A stretch of DNA of 62,958 nucleotides, filler included, from Phoronis australis (taxonomy: Eukaryota; Animalia; Phoronida), in NCBI GenBank assembly GCA_002633005.1. It is 10 parts of 10 records of this genome, joined end to end, with 100 filler letters (N's around TTAATTAATTAA, not from the genome) between each part and the next. Parts side by side here need not be neighbours in the genome. Positions count along the whole stretch, not along the records: positions 47,603 to 50,690 come from NMRA01001425.1; positions 50,791 to 53,468 come from NMRA01003503.1; positions 53,569 to 58,643 come from NMRA01000337.1; positions 58,744 to 62,958 come from NMRA01001758.1; 6 more parts are not named here. The stretch is one strand, 5' to 3'. The notes under the pieces were generated by a model. The model was not told where the DNA came from. It saw only the letters and a list, made by a program, of their open reading frames with translations, and made no database searches. Positions 49,304 through 62,340 of the stretch are shown here, piece by piece (positions within the stretch are counted from its first letter, which is position 1; each line of letters starts with the position of its first letter). The translations under genes were made by a program, and so were the position numbers.

Positions 49304-50059
49304 TAAAATATGAAATGTCTATATGAAAATACCCTGTGGATACCCTAAGGCGCAACCTAGTTATTTCTAATATATTTTCGATTCCTTGCCATAACCAGTT
49401 TGCCGGAAAGTCTTCTCCGCAATCAACCGTGAGAACCAAAACTGATTTGAATCTACAGATGTGTAGAGACCACAGTCCAGTGAGCTGTGACTTTTACGTG
49501 CAACTTTGCAGCAGTTGAAGACTAAGTGAATGCTCAAGTTAGAGTGCTACATTACAGAATACCAAACCAAAACGATTGTGTCAGGCGAAGATGTACATCT
49601 CTTTAAATCTCTGCTCCGGGCTGCGGCGCATACGTAAAACGCACGTTTGGCTTCCGATCAAGAAAGGTTTTGTAACNTAAAATATGAAATGTCTATATGA
49701 AAATACCCTGTGGATGCCCTAAGGCGCAACCTAGTTATTTCTAATATATTTTCGATTCCTTTCCATAACCAGTTTGCCGGAAAGTCTTCTCCGCAATCAA
49801 CCGTGAGAACCAAAACTGATTTGAATCTACAGATGTGTAGAGACCACAGTCCAGTGAGCTGTGACTTTTACGTGCAACTTTGCAGCAGTTGAAGACTAAG
49901 TGAAAGCTCAAGTGAGAGTGCTACATTACAGAATACCAAACCAAAACGATTGTGTCAGACGAAGATGTACATCTCGACCATTTCTTTAAATCTCTGCTCC
50001 GGGCTGCGGCGCATACGTAAAACGCACGTTTGGCTTCCGATCAAGAAAGGTTTTGTAAC
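49304..50059. repeat. Head-to-tail duplicate (373 and 382 bp) joined by a single N
   Basis: 49304-49676 versus 49678-50059, differing by about five substitutions and one 9-bp indel. Confidence 0.92.
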
Positions 50060-50647
50060 ATGCGAAATAATGTGAGGTGACTGCATCGACGTGCAGCATT
50101 ACATTTTTTATCCAGCGTTTTCGTCTGCTAAAGATGAGGACGTCTTATAATAAATGCCGATGTAGGTCGATATAACACCGATCAAATTTCCTCTTTTAAT
50201 TGCCTGGCATAACGTTTAGCTCTTGATGTGATTGTGTGTGTATGTGTGCTAGTTCTGACGGTTTGACGAATGAATTGAAAGCGATATTCGTAATCAAAAT
50301 TGTTATTACGTACATGGTAGGGTGCTTAAACTTGTTTATCTGAAGGAATCGATGATGTTAGGAGGATATCTTTACACATGCTAATTTCGTTTAATAAACA
50401 CGATTGAGCCTTCTCACGTTTCCATAAAGAAGCTACATGATCATGGGTTCGGCTTGTTTACCAAAAACGTAAATAGTTTTGACAAACGCCATCAGGCCAC
50501 GTCCATCATAGTTACATTTGCGAAGTCCCACAAGCACAAAGAAATGGTGGAGGTTCCCTACATACGTAGTAAAACAACATTTTTTTGATGTATTGATGTG
50601 TTCCCAGATATTGTTACCGCCATTGATGCACAATCACAAAAAGTGTC

Positions 50648-50679
<32 letters not shown>

Positions 50680-50690
50680 CACACACACAC
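50648..50690. repeat. (CA)n microsatellite at a contig end
   Basis: Read directly from the sequence. Confidence 0.95.
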
Positions 50691-50790
50691 NNNNNNNNNN
50701 NNNNNNNNNNNNNNNNNNNNNNNNNNNNNNNNNNTTAATTAATTAANNNNNNNNNNNNNNNNNNNNNNNNNNNNNNNNNNNNNNNNNNNN

Positions 50791-50912
50791 GTCTGTGAGT
50801 ATGCCTGAGGTAGTATGGTGGGGACCTGTAATGTCTGTGAGTATGCCTGAGCTTGTATGGTGGGTACCTGCAATGTCTGTGAGTATGCCTCTTGTATAGT
50901 GGGCATCTGCGA
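50791..50912. repeat. 42-bp minisatellite, about 3 copies, at a contig start
   Basis: gtctgtgagtatgcct recurs at 50791, 50833 and 50875. Confidence 0.85.
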
Positions 50913-52168
50913 CATGGCATGAGTTGGACTTGTCATCAGACCTAAGTTGATATCTCCACATTGCAGTCCTCAAAAGCTTGAGTGAGGTTGAGATTCTACA
51001 GTGTACATCCGGGTTATTTTTGCGATAGATTGTAATCAAATCTGTTTGGAAAGAAGGATTAAATACGACTGCAGTTCTGACACCTCGTAAGCAATTTCGC
51101 TTGGTAAAAATTTTGCATTAATTGGAAGTCTGATTTGCAATCCCATCTAATCGACCAATGGGGTTCTTCATAGGATGAACATGGGTTGTTCTACAGAAAG
51201 CGTAGTTTGTTTCACAAGCAGTGATATGTCACTGTACAGCGTACTGGCAAGCAGCCAGTAAAACGTGCCATTACCAAACATCCACAACATGTGTGTGTCC
51301 ACTGATTTTGGGCTAAATATGAGGACACTGCTAATCGCTGTTATCCCTTGTTTGATTCTGGTCAATAGATGTCGTGCAAGAGTTCGCAGAGTCAAAATCC
51401 ATCCCCTCGCCGGCACCTCGTCTACCATCCAGCATCATAGCGACTATCCTGACTGCTTTCAACCCTGTGGCTGGTATGATCTTAAATGCAGAATTGTGGA
51501 AGTTGTTTGCCAACAAGAATATTGATTGACACCGTACGTACACAATAATGTTCGTCGATGGTCTTTGTACCGCATGGGTAAATTGAGTTGTAAACGAAAC
51601 GGGGCTTTTTGTGCATTAAGTGGCGAATATACATGTATTTCCTTTCAAAGGCTACCTGGTCTGCGCCTACTAACAGACAATAAGATAGACTTTCATATCG
51701 ATTTTGTGATACACAGTAATGTTCTGTGAACAACGACACCCTTCAATACTTTGGCCACAGTTCTTAACCTTTTGGCAATTCTGCGAAACAGGATAGCATG
51801 CCCAGCACTCTATGTAGGTTACACGATAATTAATTAGAAGTACATCGCACCAAAAACACAAATTTCTAAAATATTTACGTGAACATATATGATGGTGGAG
51901 CAGTACGAAGATGTTAACTGTTGTTACTGTCACTTTAGCTGTAAGCGCATTCACACATTCTCAAAGTTTTGCATCAAGACAACCATCTGGTGGCAGGATT
52001 CAAACGTTTTACTATGCATCAAAATTACTTGTGAACTTTTACTTTTGCTTTAGTGTGAACTCAAGTTGATTAAGTGGTTGACTGTGCAAATCTACAGAAT
52101 TTTAAACTTGTTGACCGTAGTACTGGAGTCATATATTGTCAACAACAATAGTACAAACATGACTTGTT

Positions 52169-52554
52169 GACCACAGTACTAAAGTCACAATTATGACCGC
52201 AGTACTAAAGTCACAATTGTGGCTGCAGTACTAAAGTCACAATTGTAACCGCAGTACTAAAACCACAATTATGACCGCAGTACTAAATTCACAGTTGTGA
52301 CCGCAGTACTAAAGTCAAAATTGTAACCGCAGTACTAAAATCACAATTGTGACCGCAGTACTATAATCACAGTTGTGACCACAATACTAAAGTCACAATT
52401 GTAACAGCAGTACTAAAATCACAATTGTAACCGCAGTACTAAAATCACAATTGTGACCGCAGCACTAAAATCTTAATTGTGACAGCAGTACTAAAGTCGC
52501 AGTTGTGACCGCAGTACTAAAGTCACAGTTGTGACCGCAGTATTAAAGTCACAA
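52169..52554. repeat. 26-bp minisatellite, about 15 copies
   Basis: Consensus GACCGCAGTACTAAAGTCACAATTGT, head to tail with no spacers. Confidence 0.95.
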
Positions 52555-53631
52555 CATCTATTTTGAACTTAGGTTTTGTCGCGCTTACTGGAAAGCTTGA
52601 GCTTTACTCGAGTTTGGAACTCTAGTCTTGGTGGGGGTCATCAAGTGCGAATTTGGACCACTTGGTTCGCGTAATCCATAATGTATCCAAACAGATTAAG
52701 TAACAATTAAATTAGTTTCGTCTTAAATGACAGCGGCGAATGCTTCATACATTTTCGATTTTGTATAAAATGTTTAGTTTCCGGACCCCTGATGTTCACG
52801 TTTGGCCTTTTTTGTTGCAGGCAACTTGGCTGTATGTCCCAGCAACTGGTGTTACACGAGAACATAAGTACAAACAATATAAATAAATTGTAGAACAATG
52901 ATGTCTGTATTTAATTTTATTCCGAAAACGGCATTATGAACTACTTTAATTGTTAAATTTTTCCGGCCAAGTCGGCTAAGTAGCAATTTCTGATAGCACC
53001 TACCGGCGGTTATACACATGTACATCGACTGTCGCTCACAGATTTTCCTGAATCTTTATGAGGGCTTGCACTACCCCTACAGTAAGTAACATTTGATTTT
53101 TCGGACACAATCCTTCATTTCTTTTATGCTGATCTCCCAAAAATGATTTTGTTTCAGTATAAAGCTGTGAGATTTGGAAGACTATCGAGAGATTTTAAAA
53201 ATTTACATGTAGGAATAACTAAGGTTTTGTTTTCTGTAAACCAGGCCTTCAGATTCAGAAACATTTTCAACAAAAGCATATGCGTGAATATGAAACCAGA
53301 GTAATTGGGTGGTATTGAGCTATTTAATACACGCATCAAGTCAAACGTTGCTTAGTGGTTAACATGTACTTTTACTAAGTAAGCCTTGCACTATTTGGCT
53401 ACTAGGATACTGCGATTACACAGCAGTTTTGTAAAAAGATGCACTCTAAAACATCACTATGTGTGTACNNNNNNNNNNNNNNNNNNNNNNNNNNNNNNNN
53501 NNNNNNNNNNNNTTAATTAATTAANNNNNNNNNNNNNNNNNNNNNNNNNNNNNNNNNNNNNNNNNNNNACATCAGCTCAGAAATAAATACATCTGAGCTA
53601 GGAGGAAATTTCACATCAAATCACAAGATCA

Positions 53632-53792
53632 TATTGGTGGATTTAGGGGGGCAAGGGGGCCTGGCCCGTGGCCCCCCTAAAACTCCCATATTTCATTTGG
53701 CAGTTTGAGAGTTCAAATATCTTACGGGTAAAATCCTGCATAATACTCTGCCCTGCCCCCCCTCCTGTCTAAAAATTCTAAATCTGCCCCTG
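53632..53792. mobile_element. Short MITE with CAGGGGCGGATTTAG-type TIRs
   Basis: ggtggatttag...ctaaatctgcccctg; a related end occurs at 4834-4860. Confidence 0.55.
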
Positions 53793-54666
53793 AATACTGC
53801 TACACGGGCAACACATCATTGCCTGACAGTGACAGGGGGCTGGGGGAGGCTATAGCTCCCCCACTTTTTTCAGTGCTGGGTGCCACCCATGTACTATTAG
53901 ATCGTATCATGGCAAAAAACATCAAAAAGTAAACAAAAGACCATTTGGGAAAATAAATCACTCTTAACATGAAGGATTTCATCATTTACACAACAAAAAC
54001 TTAGTAACAACTTTATTTTGAACGGTGAAGTTGCGATGCCATTGAACTTCAACGTAGCCGCTGGTGGCGCTGACATGCGGCGACTTACCGTAGTGAACTA
54101 ACGACTGCTGTTTGAAAAGTGCCAATGCGCAGCAGTTTGACAAAATTTCTGAAAATGAAATAATTACCAATTAAAAGAGTGATAAATTCCTCATCTAAAA
54201 ATCGGGGGGGCATGTTGCGCAACTGGAAAAACATCAATCTCCTGACCGACCAAAATTAGGCCTTCCGGACGATCGAAAACTCGCCATGAAAACTTGGCCT
54301 TGACTTCAAGAAAACAACTTGAGGAGATGCGCACGCATCTAAACTACATCNAAATTTCATGTTTGTATTTGAGAGTATAGTGCTCTTTTGGATAGGAGGA
54401 ACAAGAGGTACTTTTTCGAAAGTTGATCACATGGCGGAAAATCGTGCGCTAAAAAAAGCTTACAAAAATGATTTATGAGCGATAATTTGAGACAAAAAGA
54501 TTACAAACTTACAAATAAAGTCTAAGATAACGATTTATAACGCAAAATTGTCTTATAGTTAACCCTAAAATCTGGAATCGGGTAATTTACTGACGTGGGT
54601 TTTACACGGAGGCAGATATGGAGCACCGTGACCTACTTTTTGATTGTCCTCCCTACTGTATTATTT

Positions 54667-54759
54667 TTGGGGTCTAACAGAGCTCAACATACAGTTGTAC
54701 CTAACTGTATGTTGGGGTCTAACAGAGCTCAACATACAGTTGTACCTAACTGTATGTTG
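54667..54759. repeat. Exact 45-bp tandem duplication containing a hairpin
   Basis: ttggggtctaacagagctcaacatacagttgtacctaactgtatg occurs twice. Confidence 0.93.
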
Positions 54760-54874
54760 ACAAAAGTCTTCATACAGGTTTCTGGCTTCTTAGAAGGCTG
54801 ATGAATGTCTTTAACTCTTCCCACCTTGAACAAATACTCTCGCATTCCCTTGCTCCCAGTGTACAAAATTTCAA

Positions 54875-55275
54875 TGACTCCAGGACTTGAACCCCGGTTG
54901 CATGTGTGAATTAGAGCCAAGCATCCAAACCGCTCAACCAAGAGGCAATTTCTGCTTGACAAGCAATTCAGAGAGGCTTATATATCTGGCTGTATGTCAC
55001 ACCCGTAAGTCACGTCTCGTCACAACACTCCTGTCCTTTTTACAGAAACAAGCATGTTGTTAGCCCCCCTCAGGTCAGTCATGTCTCTGGTCTGGGTTTC
55101 CACTGCAGTTGCTGTAGCATTACTCAGGACTGCCTCGACAGCAGTGCTGACATACCATCTGGTCTTTGATTCTTCCGTTGTCGGGCACCAATGTAGAGAA
55201 TTTCTCTTATCGGGGCTTGAACAAGGGTTGCACATGTGAGAACTGAGCATCTGAACCACTCAGCCAAGAAGCAAT
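54875..55275 (-). repeat. Two related tRNA-like SINE heads
   Basis: TGGTTGAGCGG..GGTTCAAGTCC (about 54875-54946) and TGGCTGAGTGG..TGTTCAAGCCC (about 55205-55272). Confidence 0.5.
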
Positions 55276-56299
55276 TGCTGGAAATCTGGCGTCACAACAC
55301 CCACAATCAGTCCTTTGTTCAGTTGCCTAAGTTGAAGCAACTGGCCATTTTTACACTGAGCAATTGCCAGTGGGCATGTGACATCTTTACAATATAATGT
55401 CATTTTGTTTCAAAGTGAAGATAATTTTGATAGCTTTTGATAAACTGATCATCTCCAAATGTTTATTGATGCCCAATATATTTAAACAGTTAGTAGCCAA
55501 ATCAAACAGCTTCATGATTCCGATCGATGTCTGATGCCGATGCTTGATGCTCGCTATACCATCAGGTTCATGTGGCGCATAAGGACGTGACCTTTGGTGG
55601 CTGTCAATTTCTGTGACACAGCAATGACAATACAAAGAGAGTGAGGTCATATCATAGTTATATTAGTTATGCTCACTTATTAAATTGAAGTTATATGGAA
55701 CTGAGTGTCTACATAAAAAAGTGTCAGCTAAAACGGTTAATAATTAATAATCATTTATATTGTGTTGTTAAAGTCATCAAAAATCAGCCCCTCTTTAGCT
55801 CTGCATTCAGCCCATTAAATGAAATCGTATATGGTCTGCTTGAGAAGGTACACTCATCCACATAAAGTCACAAAACCTGATAATGTTCAGCTATCTGGGA
55901 CTTAATATGTGCATAAAACTATAATTTTGCATCTGTGGTCTACCTTAAAATAATGCAAAGGCAAGAATTTAATCTTGAAGGAATTGTTTAACGAATTAAC
56001 TTATGATAAGTCGAATAAGCGAAGGAAAAGTCATGGAATAAATCCTGCAACAATCTTAAGTCTTTATCATAGGAGGAAAAGGATGTACAACTTGAAAGCA
56101 AAAACTTTTTGACAAAACAGGCTACTTTCCTGTCCCTGGAGAATTTCATAATGTGAGACAACAGACATATCATGTTGGCGGCGGAGCATGAATGAAGCAG
56201 GAGCTATAGTCCATCCCAGCCTCTTGTGGTGCGCTGCCCATGCCCATGGGTGGCGGAGCTTTGAAATCAGTGGAGGAGCTACAAACGCAGCCCACTTAT

Positions 56300-56457
56300 G
56301 GTGTGCCACCCATACATTATGCTGCATGTGTGACCAACCCATACATCATGCCATATGTGTGACCCACCCATACGTCATGCCGTATTTGTGATCTACCCAT
56401 GCAACCATGATGCCGTATGTGTGACCCACCCATACATCATGCTGTATATGTGACCCA
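56300..56457. repeat. Minisatellite of about 30 bp, about 5 copies
   Basis: ccacccatacatcatgccgtatgtgtgac-like units. Confidence 0.85.
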
Positions 56458-56991
56458 AGTTATTCTTGTTCCCACTGCCAGTGATGTCACATCAGTTTCA
56501 AAGAACATTTGGCAGATAGCCAACTAGATGTTTTTGCATATTAAAAACCTGGAATTGACTGTCTCTTGACCCAATTTCTGTCTAGTATGCAATACGGCTG
56601 CATGCAGATGCTTCAGTTGACTATCAAATAATTTTAGACAATGCATCTTGTGGGGATATTTTAAAAGTTGGTAAGTGTGATACAAATTTCTGTAGGTAAG
56701 TCTAACTTTGTATAGGAATGATCATAAAACATGCACATTTGCTTAGATTTAGTCAAATAATTTTCATTTTTTTTGTTGTTGTTTTAGAACAATTCCATTT
56801 AATGAAGTTAATGAGTTTCTTATTCAGTTTAGTTAGTGCCTTGGCAAATCCAATTTTCTAGTTGGCCAGCATTTTGCATTTCATTTTGTAGGGTCAGGCA
56901 ATTATAAACACAATTATAGTTACTCCCTGTTCAAGGGTGTCATAACCTGATCTGGTCAACTAGACCTGCTAGTTGGGATAAGGAAAACTTC

Positions 56992-57400
56992 TGACCATGG
57001 TTGACTATGGTCGAAAGCATAGTTAACCATGTGGTTGCCTCTTTATAGACCAAGGCAACAATGGTTAACTACGGTTTGGCCATGGTTGACTATGGTTTGG
57101 CCATGGTTGACCATGGTCAGATGCCAGTCAACCACGGTTGTCCATTTTCAAAATGGGCAACCATGGTTGACCGTGGTTTGACAGTGGTTTGGCAATGGTT
57201 GACCATCGTGAGAAGCATAGTCAACCATGGTTGACAATTTCTGGAAAAGGCAACCATTGTTGATGATGGTTTGACTGTGGTTGACCGTGGTCAGAAGCAT
57301 GGTCAAGCACGGTCAACCTTGGTTTAACCATGGTTGAACCATGGTTGACTGTGCTTTACCGTGCTTAACCATGGTCAACCGTGGTAACATTTCGCAGGGA
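56992..57400. repeat. Dense array of ACCATGGT(TG) palindromes
   Basis: Many accatggt and gaccgtggt units in both orientations, ending ...cgcaggg. Confidence 0.85.
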
Positions 57401-57950
57401 AGTTCTGTCATTCATGGGAATGTTGAGATGATGAGCATTTTGTTCAAGAAGCTTGAATGTTCGCTTAGCGTCAGTGATAATTTTATATGGGATAAAGGTG
57501 AAAAAGATTTTTAAAAATTAATTACTGGGAAATGCCATTGCATTAAATTCTGCATTAAAAACTAAATAATGTTTACCAATCACTGGATGGTGACTCTTCA
57601 TATTTTGCTGCGCTACCGCATGTCTGGTGGGGAAAGGTGCCTGTGCTTTCTGAGACTGAAAGGGTAATCTTCCGGTTGAGGGGAAATCCCCCCTCCCAGT
57701 CACCATCAGTATCACCCTGAACCTGTCGCCATCTCCGTCAACAACTCGATATAGCCATAGAGTTAACGTTAACGTCCTTGCTGCTTCAAATCTTCATCTG
57801 TGTGATTTACAAATAAATATAATTTTTGGGTCTGACAATTATTAAGTTTGCGTCATACCTTTATATAATTTTTGTCAGATGGAATGAGGCTTGTTTTTTG
57901 CTTCAAAATCAAGGTATCAGAGGCCGTGCAAGTATGTCTCTCTAAAGTAA

Positions 57951-58130
<180 letters not shown>

Positions 58131-60229
58131 TGAAGTGATACTTATTATTTACTTGATGGTGTCTTAGATAAATTTATGAAATTTCATTTTGCCAAATTTC
58201 GCAATAAAAGTAAACTTCATCTGTTATTAATTATAACATCAATGGTTTCAATATCAAGCTTCCTAGAAAATTCTACATGTCGTGAACACATCCACTACCA
58301 CAAGAAACTGTAGGAACACTGCATTTATCCACCTTCACTCTTATCAGGCTTCTATTGCGAGTCAGCAGGCGTGAATAATTGGCTGATAAGCCACCTCTGG
58401 AACTACTTTTGGCTGAATGGATGACCAGGCCATAAAATGATAATTAGCCAAGACCAGTTACTATAATGCAACAAAGAATAAGGTCTTGCATCACCTAGCC
58501 TTGGTGGAAAGCTGTATACTATATTGGCTCAAACAAACGCTTAGAAAAATTCATTTCACTGGGAGGGGAGGCTTATTGTAGTGAGCCTACGGCAGTTTCC
58601 CAAACGGGTAAAATCGGAAGCTAGGATTCATCAAATTTACGCTNNNNNNNNNNNNNNNNNNNNNNNNNNNNNNNNNNNNNNNNNNNNTTAATTAATTAAN
58701 NNNNNNNNNNNNNNNNNNNNNNNNNNNNNNNNNNNNNNNNNNNTGTTGTTCACATGCTAGGTGATCAGAAGGCAAAGCAAACATCTGATTGGCTGCCTGG
58801 GAAAACTTCCACAAGTTAATGCTCATCTCATGCCTGTCAACCTAAACGTACAGTTATGAATAACCGAAATGCGTTCAGTAAAGAACCATTTTGAATCATG
58901 ATGGAAATAAAAAATTATATTACCTGCCTATCTATTTACCATAATAACGCCAAGAAAAATTTACTATTAAAAGGTAGTGTGTTTACATTCACTTCTTGGT
59001 TTCCATCACTGGCATCCCCTATTGCAATGTCAAGATAATTAACACAAGGTTCTGTTCATGCACACACCCTGTCATTGTAGGAACACAGTTGAAGTGTTCC
59101 CTCAAGTCATTAACTGCTAGGTGATCAGTGCTGTGTTCAGGTATTGTAATGTATGGTATTATGGTCGTAGTTCTTCCCATGGTTAATTTCTGAACTAAAT
59201 AGAAGAGTTTAAACCAAGGTGTTGGGATGGGAAATATGAAATGAATTGCTTAAATAATGATCAATATTCAAAGAGAAAAACTAGGATGCTCCGCTGCTCA
59301 TGAAATTGCCCTCATCTGAGGTTCAAGAACAGATCATCTAAAATGGAATTTTCATGGCTTTTTGCGACTTAAAGCTCGTGAAAGTTGCTTGAGGGTACAA
59401 AAACTGATTTGATTCAGTGTCAAATACTCGTAGACCGACTTAACCAAGGCTGAACATGACTTTATAGACACATTTTTCAAATTTTTTTTGCATAGGTCCT
59501 TTGTAGTGTTAACTTGATGGCAGAATCTTACAAATAAAAGAGCTCGTTGCTATGTGAACTTTCTGTCTACCTAGTGGTATTGCCCAACAAACTCTAACAC
59601 AGTGGATGGAAAGTTGCTATTCAAGTTAGTGAGATACAATTGTATGCAAAACCAAAAGCTGTGTGTGGCCTCATTACCACATTGTCTGCTCTGGCCCTGA
59701 CGCTCTGGCCTTGCTCAGCTGAGGAAGCCTGGCTTGTGTGAAAGGTCCTCTGGTGATCTACCACCAGCCAGTGCCACTAATGTAACTGATACTGTTCATG
59801 ATAAGACTGTCTCAAAACCACAGATGAGAGATTTATCAAGAGTTCATTGTGCAGCAGTTTCCAACTAATCCAGCATTGTATTTGTTGGCCGGCTACCCAT
59901 AAAGGAGATATTCCTGGTCCACTTCTAAGGCCAATATCCCATAGTCTGTGTATCCAAAGGTTAGGTTGAAGTTGAAGTGAGCTTTGCAATTTATGTGGAC
60001 ACTTAACTAATAAGGGATTTAACTTGGTAGGAAAAGGACATTACACTTCTCTATTCATTTGTCAATTATACACAGGTATTTTTAATAATAATTTTTTTCA
60101 AGCTGCAAGGATTCTGACTAATTTAATTTAGATCTGTTCATGCAAGTTTTGGGTGTGGAATATTTTCCATTTCTCCCACAATCACAAAAAGTTAACAGTT
60201 GTTGGATGCGTATGATAATTACTGCATTG

Positions 60230-62340
60230 AGGACGCATAAAATCTGTCATAAAAGTCCTTTCTATGATAGTTTTCTATTCCGTTACCAACAAGATTATCA
60301 AGACCAACACCACACAAGAGCACTTCAAAGTTTATTGGGGTTGGCCATCCCTACAATTGCCAACTTGAAAAGGGAACTTGTACCTATTACCTGTGGCCTG
60401 AGTTGGTAATGGAAACTGACTCCTATCACACTTAGAAATACTATGAGACCGATTTTATGAGAGTAAAAGGCCTACCGGTAATTCGATTTTTGTTTTTTTA
60501 GTTTGGTAAACTGCAAAGTGCAAGAGAGCAAGTTGTACATGAATATCTGAGTCCATGATAATCCATTTTCAAAGACAGAATTCGGTTAAAGCAGACACAA
60601 AATTGTGTATTTGAATACTCTAAAGTGATAAATATCGTGAAAATGATCTCTGAATTGCCTTATTTTGCGGATGACTTATTGTCACAGATTTGTTTTACCG
60701 ACAAGTTACTGCACGCCATTTTTACTGTTTCTGAAAATAGGAAAAATAATACTACCGCCTTCATAAAGAATCTTATAAGTGTGGTAAGTTGCACTAGTGC
60801 AAGTTTTTCTAGGGTACGCTCTGTGTTTGTGTGTGTTTGTGTGGGTGCACGCGCGCGTGTGTAAAGTTGTAGTTCAGGTTCCGCTGTAAAGTATAGTTGT
60901 CCCATACTTTGAGAACCTGTTTCCTCCAGACAGCCAATTGGTTCTCAAATTTGTGTGCACTAAATTTTATCATTCCTGTCTACTTTTACCAGAATCAATA
61001 CTACAGAAAGCCTAAAGGCATAAACCGTGGTCACTACTTTTTATGAACAAGTGCAGACAAATTCTTTGTGTAACCATCTTGGTCATCTGAGGCTGTAGAG
61101 AGTGCAGTTTTAATCATAGTTATCGTATGTCACTTTTATGGTCGAAACGAGCAATGATCCTGCAGGGCTCTCAACTGGCTAAAGTTGACAACTTGCATGT
61201 GACAGTGAGCGCCTGTGGGCAGAAGTTTATGTTAGGAGACTGTTCATTGTCTTAAGCTAATTATCACACCTTGGGGAACTACACAGTAAAGCTGTTAAAC
61301 AAATCCCACTGTATTTGTAAGGTACATAGTATGCTATTTTTAAAACCAAATATCAAACTATTTCTAAATATTAGCAACTTGTGAGTTCAAATACTAAATC
61401 TCGGGTTACAACTTGTTTTTTAACATACGCTGGGTTATTTAATAAATGTCTAGAATTTGCACCATACTGCTGCTGTCTATTGACATCAGTCATCACAAGA
61501 AGGCAAAGTTAAATTTGAAAATTACAGAGATTTAACGTCAAATTTCATTTGTCTGTGACTAGATTTTTGAGTTTCTTCATTATTGACAGTACTGTAATTA
61601 TTTTTTATTATTTTATATTTTCTTAATATGAAAAAGGGTTGTGGAACCAAACGTGCCAAATAGTCCAAGGAATTGTGTCTATGTAGGTTCACATATTTTG
61701 TAACTTATACATACCTGTGTTCACTGCAAGCCAGTGAGATTCAGAATGAGGTTATCTTGGTCACCATGACAATTATCTATTTGCATATTACCTGTCCCTG
61801 CCAACCTTTCTATGCCCTGTTTTATCACAGCGCGTTAGAGTTTTAACTGAGAGTTTTAACCTGTTATCTTATGAAGTGTCCAAGATAAACTGTATGAAGC
61901 CCAGTAGTGACACCTTGTGTTTTGTTCACATTTACGCATCATGTCGTTATAAAATCTGAGAGTTTTGCATGAAATACTGCAGTTCACCTTGTTTTGGTAA
62001 AATACAAAAAATGAATTGCTGTAGGCCTTTAACTCGCATAAAATCGCTCTTATGATATTCCTTATCCTTATAGGATTCTATTTTCGTTACCAACCAGAAA
62101 TTCGAAACCAGCGACTCGGAGAAATCGATTCAGAGCTTATTGGGGTTAGCCAAACTTAACATTGGGCATTTGAAAATCACTTCAGAGTTTATTGAGCCAA
62201 TTCTAAAATTGCGAATTCGAAAATGGTAAACAGATTGCTGCAACTTAAATTGGTTATGGAAATAAAATCCTATCATGGTAAGGAATGTCATGAGACTGAT
62301 TGTATCAGCTTAGAATGACCTAAATCAGTTTTCGTTTTTC
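60230..62340. repeat. Two diverged direct copies of a repeat of about 270-300 bp (60230-60500 and 62030-62340)
   Basis: Shared blocks ttctatt.cgttaccaac, ttattgggg, tcctatca and atgagac.gatt. Confidence 0.7.

Noticed and set aside
52169-52554. CRISPR array
   Set aside because: The units are head to tail with no unique spacers, there are no cas genes, and the context is eukaryotic.
54089-54148. Minus-strand exon with good splice sites
   Set aside because: No recognisable peptide and no partner exon.
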